The translations under genes were made by a program, and so were the position numbers. Under the pieces are notes generated by a model. It was not told where the DNA came from. It worked only from the letters and a program-made list of their open reading frames with translations, and ran no database searches. Of a stretch of DNA of 64,000 nucleotides, positions 25,101 through 37,100 are shown piece after piece; position 1 is the stretch's first letter; the number at the start of each line of letters is the position of its first letter. Origin of the DNA: Methanosarcinales archaeon (GTDB lineage: Bacteria; Omnitrophota; Gorgyraeia; Duberdicusellales; 4484-171). The stretch spans positions 2,401 through 66,400 of the forward strand of contig JAIWAR010000003.1 of assembly GCA_048634245.1 (NCBI GenBank), given 5' to 3'.

Positions 25101-28100
25101 AAAAAATTAAGAACATTCTTCTTGATAAAGAGGATGTGGATACTCAAGAGCGGATTGATGCAATGAGAGATTTAGCTGATATTGGTACTCCCGGAGCTAT
25201 AGATGCATTGGCAACAGTACTTGATGTAAGAGAGAATAAACGGTTAAATAGCGATGAGCAATCTCCTTATTATAAAACAGAATCTGCAGATGTGATTGAA
25301 GAGTGTATCAGGTTACTAGGTAATTCAGGAGATTCTCAAGTAGTAGAAAAGTTGATGCGATTTCATGTGTGGCGTAGCTCTGATATTGGCCATAACCATA
25401 AAAGGTTTAGTATAGAAGGCGAAGTAGCATGGGAAGCTGTTTTTAAGGGGCTACTGTCATTGAGTAAAAAACCCGAAATAATGTCGGATTTAATAAAGTT
25501 GTATTATGATTCTAATAAACCAATTGTTCGCTCAATGATATTTGGAATAGCTAAACGTGATATTATTAAGAATCAGGAAATCGCGGAAGCACTACGTTTG
25601 AGAAAAACATTGGGAACTAAGATTAAGATAAAAATCAGAAAAATTATTAATCGTAAAATAGAAGCGTGTGAAAATTTTATTAAGTATCATTTAACTCAGT
25701 TTAGAAAAGTAGTTAGGAGTTTTTTACAGAATAAGCGGAAAATACATTTATTTTCTACCGGGACAGCGGATTATATTTTTTACCCGGAAGCTCATAATTT
25801 GGAATCTCAACTCTTTAACAAAATTTCATTGGAAGAAGTAGATGCGGTTATACTTGAATCAGGGAATGCTAATTATAGAAGATTATTTTATTCGGTTATC
25901 CGCGAAGATTCACAAAACGGTAATCTTATAGAAAGACTTAAAAAGTTTAATACCCCTACATTTTTTGTAGGCTTGCCGGATTATACATGGTTTCGTTATC
26001 ATCCGCTAAGTAATTTCTTGATATGCTTTGCCGTAGAGATATTTCAGATGGGCTTGCCTTTCTTGTTTTATTTTCTTTCTTGTGTGTTTATTCCCGGGTT
26101 ATCATGGTCAGGGAGTATAGGGTATATCTTGTTGTTGCCTTTTTGGTTATCAATCATCTCAGCGTTTAATCTCTTTAGTAAAAAAGCATTATTTATAAAT
26201 AAGTACCTTTCCCTTATTGCGTTTTACGGAAATTATGGGAATTCTTCACTGGTAAGTGCAGTATTAGCGAGAAAAACAGATGAATATATTGTTCCTGAGA
26301 TGAAGAGAAGAATTGGCAGAACTCCGACTATTGTGATATCTTACGGTGCTCACCATGCAAATATTGTAGTTTATTTGAAACATAAATGGCTTAGAGACTT
26401 TGTGATAAAATTTCATAGCGTATTTTGGAGAAATTTTCCGATAGATAAGAGATATCTTACAAGAATTGGAGAGCTTGATTTTTATAATAATTGGTGTGAC
26501 GAGTATGAAATGTCAGGAGTAAGCAATTTAAAAGAAATCAACGACGGCGGCAGGGGATTAAGAAATAAGTCATGGGTTTCAGGTTCTATGTCACAGGTTA
26601 CAAAAAGCTTTGCGAATTTTGTCAGCGAGTATGGCATTCTTTTAGGAGTGATTGATGTATCCTCGGGGATATTTGCTTTTTCTGCGATAGGTATCGCATT
26701 AGCAACTATGTTGCTTAATGGTATCCCATTTGCTGCGATATTTACATTAGAGAATATATCAACACCATTATTTATTGCTTTAGCAGTAATTTTAATCGAT
26801 CAAATCAGCAAACTAGTGGCAGTATGTAAGGAAATACATGAGATAGCTGTTAAGCAGATTAATATTCCCGTAACTTTAGGTATTTTTGCCGGAATAGTAC
26901 TTTTTGTTTCTACCTTTAAGATACTCGGAATTTTTGGCTGTATTGGGGGGGGGTTAATATTAGGGGGACTTATAAGCAATGTAGCAATTGATCTTATGGT
27001 TAGGGGAGGGTCAATAGACTGGATTACTGATCCACTTGATAAGGACAAAGTGATGAATATTGCGGATATTGCCGGAGTTACAGGGATGTTGTTGATAGGC
27101 ATAGGATCAATCTTTGGATTGTGGAGTTTAAGATGGGAGATAATCAAATTATTATCTAATGTGGAATTATATATGATAGTCAGTTTTCTCACCGGCGTTT
27201 TTATAACCTTAATAGTTAATTATAAACTTAAAAAGAAAAACAAATCAGGAGATGAAAATATCTTTTCAGAGCATACGGATGGCGGGAGTAATTATGGTAT
27301 TGTTAATGCGGTACAAAGAGGTTTACAAAAATTTAAGGGTGTAGTTAGTAAGGAAGAAGATACTGTATCTTCTGATAGGATTCAAGACGTTAGAGAATTT
27401 ATTAGAAGTTATTCCGATGATGAAAATATTTTGGGTATAGTTGTTTACGGCAGTGTAGCTGAAGGAACTGCTGTGTTAGCAAGTGATCTTGACTTTTTGG
27501 TAATAAAACAAAAAGGTGATACATTTTTAGCTTATGAGGAGAAAGATATGGAGTTCGTTAGACAGATGAAAGAAAAATTTAGTTATATAGAGCATTTACC
27601 AGGAGCGCCATTAATATTGAATTCATCTATCGATAAAGAACCATACCAATCCTTGGATGCCATTTTAATGTTATATTTTGTACCCTTTGAGACAATCGGT
27701 GCAATATTGTTAAATGGCCGTGAAGGAAGCACTTGTTTTATCGCTAATTGGCAAGTTATAGCCAGAAATCAAGAATTAGAAGATTTTGTTACGAATCTAA
27801 TTCAAGAAAGGATTAATTTAATAATTCAAAATGAGGAGAAAAAATCCAAAGAACAAATAAAAAAAGGCGACAGTGGCAGAGCAAAGGATGGTGGTGAGGA
27901 ACCTTCACTTGATATTTCTAATCTTTTCTCTGACACGATATTTAAGCATTTTAGCAGAGAAGATTTTACTAACCTTGCCTCGCAACTGGCAGAGATACAG
28001 GAAAGATTTCGTAAAGATATTATTTCTTGTTTGACAGCAGAAGGCCGGAGAGTATTAAGTCAATCCTGGCGTGAATGGGTTATTTCCTGGATTGCCGGGA

Positions 28101-31100
28101 TGAGTGATGAGGCAATTGATGTTGTTTTAGCTAAAGGCCGAACAGAGGAAGAAAAAATAGCTATTTTATTGAATCCTCTAGAATTCATAGATAAGAACCC
28201 GGTAATTGAACGCATGATAAAGATTGCCGATGATGTGCGGGTAGAAGGCATAGAAGCCTGGGTGCATATAGGAGTAGGCGGGTCAAAACTGCCTACGGAA
28301 TCAGTGGTGAATCCGCTTATTTCTTCGGAACACAATTTACTTACCCGTGAATCCCGGGGTGAGGTGCCAAGGATATTCTGGTCAGGCGACAGCTTCTCAC
28401 CGGAGAAGCCAACGGCTATCTTAAAAGCCTTAGAGGATTTAGGTATATTGTTTAAGACTAAGTTTAATGTTATCTCCAAGTCCGGAACAACCGGTGAGCC
28501 GATATACTGTTACCTTATCTACCGTGCCTATTTACAGGAGCGCTTGAGAGATTTGAGTATAAGGTATAAAGAAGAAACAGTTACAGAAGAAGAGCTTAAC
28601 CAGATGGGTTTAACAATCAAGGATATCACTCCGATCAAGGATGAAGAAGGGGAAGAATATTTCCGGACTGGAAAATTCTTTATTGCTACCACAGGATTTG
28701 ATAAAGGAAGTGCTTTATTTAAGCTGCATCACCGCGGCAGAAATGAAGAAGAATTAAAGAATTTGAAAGATCTCTACGCAGGAACAGAATTCGATCCCTT
28801 CTATGCCATACTACCGGTACCTGAAGGAATGGGCGGAAGATTCTCCGGATTTTCAGCAGTAGCTTTATTGCTTTTGGCAGTGGCCGCGAATAAGAATAAA
28901 AATCAGACGTCGTATTCACAAATAAAAGAAGCAATGTTGGGAGTAGAAAAAGCCTTAAAACGGATGTTAGATGAGCCGGTAGAAGATTTAGGGAATAATC
29001 CGGCTAATATTGCCTTTACCAATGCGGCTGTCAATTATATTGCTGAAATTGAAAAAGGCATGCGCACGCTTATTGTATATTATTATGACCCGGTAAGCGG
29101 GATGATATTACCTATACATAATGAGATACATGCTGAGTCAGTAGAGGAATTCGGAAGAGGCCTACATATTAATACTGTGGTAGGCTCACCATATAATCAC
29201 ACCGGATTAGAAGGAATAATTGCCGGAAGAAGGGATGTAATAGTACGTCTTGTAATGACCGGAAAGTATAACAAGGAAGAGAATCCTGTTGTTCCGAAGA
29301 GGAGCGGGATAGGAGGAGAAGTAGCCTCAGGTGCGGGCTTTAGTTTAGGCACAATCCAGAATATATCCTGTATATCTACAGGAACGAGCTTGACAAACCC
29401 GGTATTACCTGATGGCAGCCGTCCGAAAGACAGAAACGGCAGAGAATTAGGAGGCGTTCTTAATCATATTCAGGTTATACCCCAGATAAATGTATTTAAT
29501 ATATTTGATTATTATTATACTTTAGCTACAGAGATTGCTGTATACGGGCGGTTATTAAGGTTGGATATTGAAATAAAAGAAGACGGGGCAATAGTAGATT
29601 TAACTTATTTACAGCCTTGGGTTGTAGGGTATAAAGAGGAAACAAGGGAGAATTTGGCAAGGTTAAGAGCAGTAAAATTATTGAGAAATGGAGAAAATGC
29701 CGACGGCGGCACCCCCACCCGAATACTAGTCAGCGCGGCAAATGCTTTGATATTCCGGTCAGGAGGTTTTTCAACCTTTGTAAACAACTATGACCCGGAA
29801 GTGGAATTAATAGCATTTAAGAGCCTTAGCGGGGCTAAAGGGTTAAGCGCGAAACAATTTGTAAGTCAGAACTTCCGGTTAAAAGGGCCATTTAGCGAGT
29901 ATGAAGTTAAAGGCTTACATTTAGGTAAAAAGGTCACAATAAATAATCTCAAAATAGATACTTTAGTTATACCTGAATCCAAAGATTTAAACCGTCCGGA
30001 ACAAGTTATACTTTATTTTGGCCCTGAAACAGCCTGGCCGGAAGTGCTCAAAGCCTTAGAAGGGAAGATAGACATAGCCGTAGAATACGGCCCGGGAAAA
30101 GAAGCAGGAGGCAAATTCCAGCCGGCAAGGATAAAGTTATTCATAGAACAAGGCCTACGGGTAGTATGCGCATCACCGGTAAACAAAGAAGGAATCAAAG
30201 AGATGTTAGCAGGATTAGGATATGACCCTGATCAGGCCTTTAAAGAAAGTCTATACGCGGTAAACAGAGATATAGTAGATGAATCTGTATTAGTGGTAGA
30301 CACATTATCCTGTACATCAAATGCGATGCTGGGAATAATCTGGGCCTTACAGAAAGCGATTGGCATAGACACAGGCACAGGTTTTACCATACATGCAGCC
30401 ACGCCTTCAAACAGTGTATTCCCCTCAGTTAGCGGCAGAGACCGCAGCCTGTTAGACTCCTTAAGAGGGGAACCGATAATAGACAACATGCAACCGGCTT
30501 CTACAGGAGCAGCTAAGAATCTTTTTAAGATACTACCTGAGTTAGAAGGCCGCTTTTTAATAAAGGCCTACAGGGTAGGCACATACAGCGGGTCTTCATT
30601 CTTAATAGATGTAGTATTAAACAGGAGCGCCGGTTTAGAAGAAATCAACGGAAGCCTTAAAGATTTTGCAGACAACAAATCCGGAGGGGTAGTTAAATAT
30701 TGGCAAGGCATACCGGGAGTAGATGAGAATCCGCTTACCTCGAAATTGATTGTAGGCTGGCCCTATGTATCCATAATAGACGGGCTATTAACAGAAATGA
30801 TAGGTGATAGAAGAGTAGTTATCCAAGGATTGTATGATAATCAGTCTGCAGCGCCCGGGCAGATGCTTGGGCCTTGGGCTACGTGGTTAGGGAATGTAAG
30901 TAAAAGAGATGGAGGAGAAACCGACGGGGGCCTGCGTGAAAAATCTCTTGTAAGATTTAGGATTTTATCCGGCGCGTTTTTTTACCCGCGTTCAAAAACG
31001 CCTATAGCGTTGCAGAGAGATAAATTCCTTCAAAGGTTTGCGTTATCCGAAGAGACGGGTAGTATTTTAAAAGAAGAATATATTTGTGCTTACAGAATAT

Positions 31101-34100
31101 TGGAGCAATTGGGATTAGCGCCGGCATTGGATGAAAATAAAAAGAATGAGCTTATAAAAAGAGCGATAAATTCCACCATAGAAACAACTTATTTAAGCTC
31201 GCCTGCTTCTTATAATTCCCTTTATGATTTGATAAGGATATCTAAGCCGTCTTATTCAGGCGAGTCTTTAATTTTGCTCAGGATCTTTGCGGTTCACGAG
31301 TTTGTGCATTATTTAATCAAACACAATTTTACCTTAATAAAAAAGGCCTATCTTGCTTCGGTAGTAGCTAACCTGAGATATATAGAGCTAATTGGCCTTG
31401 AGAGTAGCTATAAGACTCCTGTTTTAAACGGACAGTTATTACTAAGCTCTGCAGGAAAAAGAGCAGTAGACTTAGCTGCGGTTGATTACGGCCGCCATAT
31501 TGCCGGCCTTATACCGGATTTATCAACTCAGAGAGAGATGATTTTATGTGAGGCTATAAAGCAATCTCTTCCTATTTGGGAGCAGTTATTATTTGGCAAA
31601 GCACTTGTATTGTATTCTAAAGCAAAAATAAGTTTTCATAAGATATTGGGCTTATATCCGGAATATCCCTGGTCATATTTTCAGGGAGCAGCTGAGGCGG
31701 GTTTATATTTAGGTACAGGAAAAAAGAATATATGCGGTGTAGAAGGCATAGACGAAAATCGTGACGGCAGCAGCAACGAAGTCACAAGGTCATCAGTTGA
31801 GGAGGTTTTTGACGAGGAAGTAAATAAGGAGAGCGCGAATGCCGATAATGATTTTCATAAAGCATTTATGGCGTGGAGAGAAAATTTTATTGTTCTACGT
31901 TCATCCTCAGAAATTCATGAACGGATGACTATAGAAGAAAACAAAAAAAATCATATAGTGGTTGGTTTATATAAAGTGTGGGAAGCTGGAGCAATTATAA
32001 GAGAGGGTATAATTAAAAATAGGAAGCCGAAAGATATGGCAGATTATGTTGAGTTACTTCTTAAGGAAGCTGCTTTAGAAAGAAAAGCGGGAGGGAGAGA
32101 TGATAATTATAGAGAATTAACAATATTATCAGAAAATTCCTTAGAAGTCGTTCTAATGGCAATAGAAGCTATAAAAGAAAAAATCCCAGTAAAAACTATT
32201 AACGATGAAGGTATTAAAGATTTTGTGGATTCGATTATACCAACTGAACTAAGACTTACGATAGAAAAAGTATTATCCCGGTCTTTATTTAATATAGATT
32301 TAAAATTAAAGGGGCTGCCTAGCTTGGAATTAGAAGCTGCTAAGCCTTGGATAAAGGAATATTTATCTTTTGGCGAAGAAGACGCGGTATCCGACCCGCG
32401 GGTTAATATTAATTTTACAGATAGAGTTAAATTATTAGAAGAAAGGGAATCATTCCTTTCTGATGCCGGCAGAGGCTATCTTATAAAATTGCAGGGTTCG
32501 ATAAAGAAAAAGAATTACAGACTTTTAGAAAAACTTAAGAAAGATTTTCCTTCCGTTAATAATCCTCATCTTGATTATTTCAAACCCCTACAGATAGGAA
32601 ATAAAACAGAACTAAAAGCTATAATTGAAAACTTGTCTGTTTTGCAAATTACTAAAGGATGTTCTCACGGTTGTAAAGGATGTTACTATAAAGCAGGCAA
32701 ACCGGTAAAAGCGATGCCATTTTACCGCATAATTCAAATTTTGGCAGCAGCTAAAGATCTAACTAATAACAAAATGATGAGTCGGGATATTCTATATAAG
32801 AATGGTATTGTACCTTTAATACTCTATCGCGATAGTGAAATGTTTGATTATTACGATCCTATTTATGATGCTGATGCGGGAGATGTTATGGCGGCAATTC
32901 TCGAGTATCATCCTAAACAGACAATTGGTATAACAACTAGAGGATGGTATTTGGGCGATCAAATAGGCATGAGAGCGGCAAAAAAAGTAGCGGAGCTGAT
33001 GAAGGATAATTCAATTTATATTAGATTTAGTTTAGACTTATATGATACTAAAAATAATTTATTCCAGTATATACGCCGTATGGTTAGAGTATTAAGTATA
33101 TTTTCAAAAGCAGGGTTTTCAAGACAGCAAAAGAGTATTATATATTCTTATGGAATTAACGGGGCTGATTTTGAGGCTATTTCCAGAATAGTCAATCTGA
33201 TAATATTTCTCACCTCAATAGATATATGTGAAAAAGAAAAGCGTGTTCGTCTGCCGCCTATAGGGATAAATAGCATGTCTTTTGAGAAATATGGTGGATT
33301 AAGAGAGTCTATTGATTCTTGTATCACAGGATTTGATATTATGCCGAATGGTCAAATTTCAAAAGGCGAAATGTCTGTTGATGGACAGTTAAAACTGATA
33401 GAGAAAAGGCTTTGGCAGTCAGAGGAGGCTATAGATATAACCCCACTTCTTCCTAGAAGAATTAAGTCTAAGTGTGAAGTAGAACCTATAATACTTGACG
33501 GCAGCAGAACGGAGGTAGGGCCACAGGCCGCAATAAGCTGCAGGTCACAAGCCATAAATCAGGAAGAGATACAAGATATTATTGTCTGTGACGGCGGGGA
33601 ATATAACGCGGCGGGAATTATCCCTGATCAACGTGCAGTATGGAGTCAAGATAAGAAGGCGGAACAGATTACGCCGCACGAATTTGCTAAGGCGATTCTA
33701 AATGATATACCAGAAGGGACAAATATTCTTTCTCTCGGATGTGGGAGGAAAGGTTTAGACGAAATGCTTTTGGCAAGAGCAGGACATCATGTCGTTGCTA
33801 TGGATTTTATAGGATCACGTATTAACGAATTGAAGGAAAAGATTAAGGGAGTAAAGATAGAGAATCTAGAAGCCAAGATTCAAGATATTGCTGAACCTTT
33901 CGATTTTTCAAATGAGTCCTTTGACGTAGTTTATAGTCATCTAAAAGCAAAGAAACCTTCCTTCCAAGACGGCGGACGCGGGCACAAGTCAATAAATAAT
34001 ACTGATGAAATTCCGCTTTCACCGTATGCTAAGTCAAGATTAAGCTTGCTAGGAACTTTTCTTCTTATTGTCTTTATAGGCTTTGGATTGCCCTTCACTT

Positions 34101-37100
34101 TGTATTTGCTGTATGTTCACTTAATGGAAAATAAGTTATCTTTAAATTTCAATACTTTTCTGATAGGTATACTTGTTGCCATCCCATATCTTTTTGGGAT
34201 TATTCCTTATATTTCGATGAAAATAAATGAAAAGAGGGTTGACGAAGAAAACAGAGAAGATTTCAGACAGTCGTTGGTTGTTAAAAAGGTACACGAAAAA
34301 ATTTTAAAGAATGGAGCACAGTTAAATACGCCAATACAGGGAGTGCAAACAGTAGAAAAGAATATTGCGGGGGGATGGGGTTTACATGAAGTAGAGTCAC
34401 AATTCGACCAGGTGTCGTGGGGAAATGTTAAAGGAGAAATTGAAGGGACAATTTATGGTATTTTTGGAGAGAAGTTTTCCGGGGATGTAAATGCGGATTT
34501 CAGGTCGAAAACTACACCAATACTGGATGATGAGGCAATATTTTTTAAACTTAGGAAAGATGATCAAGTGATAAGGATTATTTCTCCCAGTGTCGGGATG
34601 ATAGAAGCAGTAGTAAGAGAATATGTGAATAATTTGGCAGATAAATATCCCGAGGGCTCTCATACGAATATAGCAATAAAGGCAATGGCAGACGGCCCTT
34701 ATCCTATTACGAGGAATTTAAATCAGTTAAATCCTGCTTATATCCAGGATACTTTAAAATTGCTCAGTAAATCAGCTGATGACGAGCTTATTTCAGGGCG
34801 TTTTGTCGGGGTGGAAGCCCTTCCTTCTTCAGAAAAAAGGAATATATTCTGGGGTATCAATATCTTGCTTGAAAACCAAGAAGAGGGATTGGTTAATCAT
34901 CCTTTGTTTCCGGTTAATACGCTCCGGTCAATTTTTGAAAGACTTACGCCTTTATTTCCTAAGGGGAGTGAAGACGCAGAGTTAGACGCCCCGTTTGAAC
35001 GATTGCTGTCCGTAGGGAAATCAGAACATGACTATGATAAAGAACAAAGCGGTGTAGAAGGCATAGAGGAAAATAGTGACAGAGACAAGAGTGATAAAGA
35101 TGGAGGTGAATTCAATTGTGCAGAATTTAGTGCGATGGCAAAGATACTTAAAGAACAAGGAGTAAGGGGTGAATTTCATTTGAAGATTATTTTAAGATAT
35201 AAGACTAAAGAAGAGCTGGAAGATAGGGTCGCAGAAATTCTAAAAGTAATAGAAGTGATAGAAAAGTCAACCAGTATACCAGATTTTAGAATGTCTATGT
35301 CAAGCCGAGTCGCCATCCTCAAAACTTATCTTAAAAATAATAAAAAAGAAATATTCCCAGAAACCATTGTTTCCGGGCCGGTTATGGATAATTTCATAGA
35401 TGTTCTGAAGGGAAGAAATGAGTATCAGCAAATGAAAACAATTTCTGATGGCAGAGAAAGGACTTTGGAATCAGATGTGGGGATGTTTACTGTAAGTGAT
35501 TATAATGCTTTACAGAAGGAAGCTGAGACAAAAATTCTTCGTATATTAGAGAGAAGAGGGCTACGAATATTTAGGGAAATTGATTCTTCAAAGCAGCCAA
35601 GCGGCATTATGGATTGGCATAGAAAGTACATTTATGAATTCCTTGATAACTTTAATTTTCACGGCGGAATAAGGCTATTTTTAACGGGGGGACAATTTAG
35701 TGATTGTATTCTTAAAGCTTTCAGTGCCGCTCTTTTCTATGCCCTATATAAAAAGAATACGCCTATTCATATTATTTTAGTTGAAGAAGCTATAGCCGAT
35801 GGCGATAATCCCGGAATTAGAGAGGATTGTTATATAGACCTTATTAAGCAATTAAAGCTTAATTCAATTATTTTTGTTGATGGAGCAGTTGAGAGAGAAA
35901 ACAGGTTATATCCTGATAAGAATTTTGCTGTTGTAGTTTCTTTTTATACCACAGTGGATGAGTTTGAGAAATATTATCCGAACCAGCTTTGTTCATTGGA
36001 GGCGGATAATTATCAGATTATTAGGGATTTACTGGAGGAAAAGGAAATCCCTCAGAAAAAATCTGACGAAGTAATTGCTCATTTGGTAAGAATTACAGAA
36101 ACTACAGGGATAAGTCAGCTTCAGGCCATTACCTTTTTAGTTAAATTAATTACTTTCAAGCCGGTCTCAAGAGATATTAGCAGCTATAATGATTTAATCT
36201 TTGCGATAGAGCGAGCCGGAGAAGTTGTTGTTGGTGCTGTTGAAACCGTAGATAGTTGGTATAGACTGCAGGCGATTACTGCTTTAGATGAATTCTTTTC
36301 CTATGATTGGGTGTTAAAGCATATTAAAGGTTTGGATGATTTGCTTTCTGTGATAAAAGAAGTTAGAGATACGACTAAGGGGTCAGGCGAGTTTCAATTT
36401 GAAGCTATCGCTGTTTTAGGTAAATTAATTACTGTCGGGCCTAGTGCAAAAGACAGTAAAAACCTTGATGATCTGCTTTTTAGAATAAAGAGTATAGGAG
36501 ATGCGGTTGACAATGCTACTAGATCCGCGGGTGAATTTCAAGCAGAAGCTATTATTATTCTGTTTGAATTTATTAGTTCAGAATCTGTTTTGCAATGCGT
36601 TGGAAATTTTAGTGAATTGCTTTTTGCTTTGGACCGTATCGAAATATATATAGGCTATAAACAAGATTCGCAAACAACAAAAGCATTAGAAGATATAACT
36701 GTAAGTAATGTTTTTAATCCTGAAAAGTTAGAACATACAAGCAATTTCAGGCCGGTTGACTGCAAACAAGGAATAACTAATGCTCGTATTAACAATGACG
36801 GTGGTATAGAAAAGGCGGTAATAAAAGGCTATGAAAATATAGAAGAAAAAATCAAACCGCTTGTGCTTGTTATTCTGGATGGTTGGGGGTGTTCAAAGGA
36901 GCCTTTCGGTAACGCGATTGCGCAAGCCCAAACGCCTAATTACGATAGATTAGTAGAAAGCTGTCCTTCGACTATTCTTAAGGCCTCGGGAGAGGCAGTA
37001 GGTTTGCCTGCCGGTGTGATGGGGAATTCTGAAGTGGGCCATTTGAATATTGGCGCAGGATTAATAGTTCCTCAGGATGTATCAATAATTAATGCTGCCA

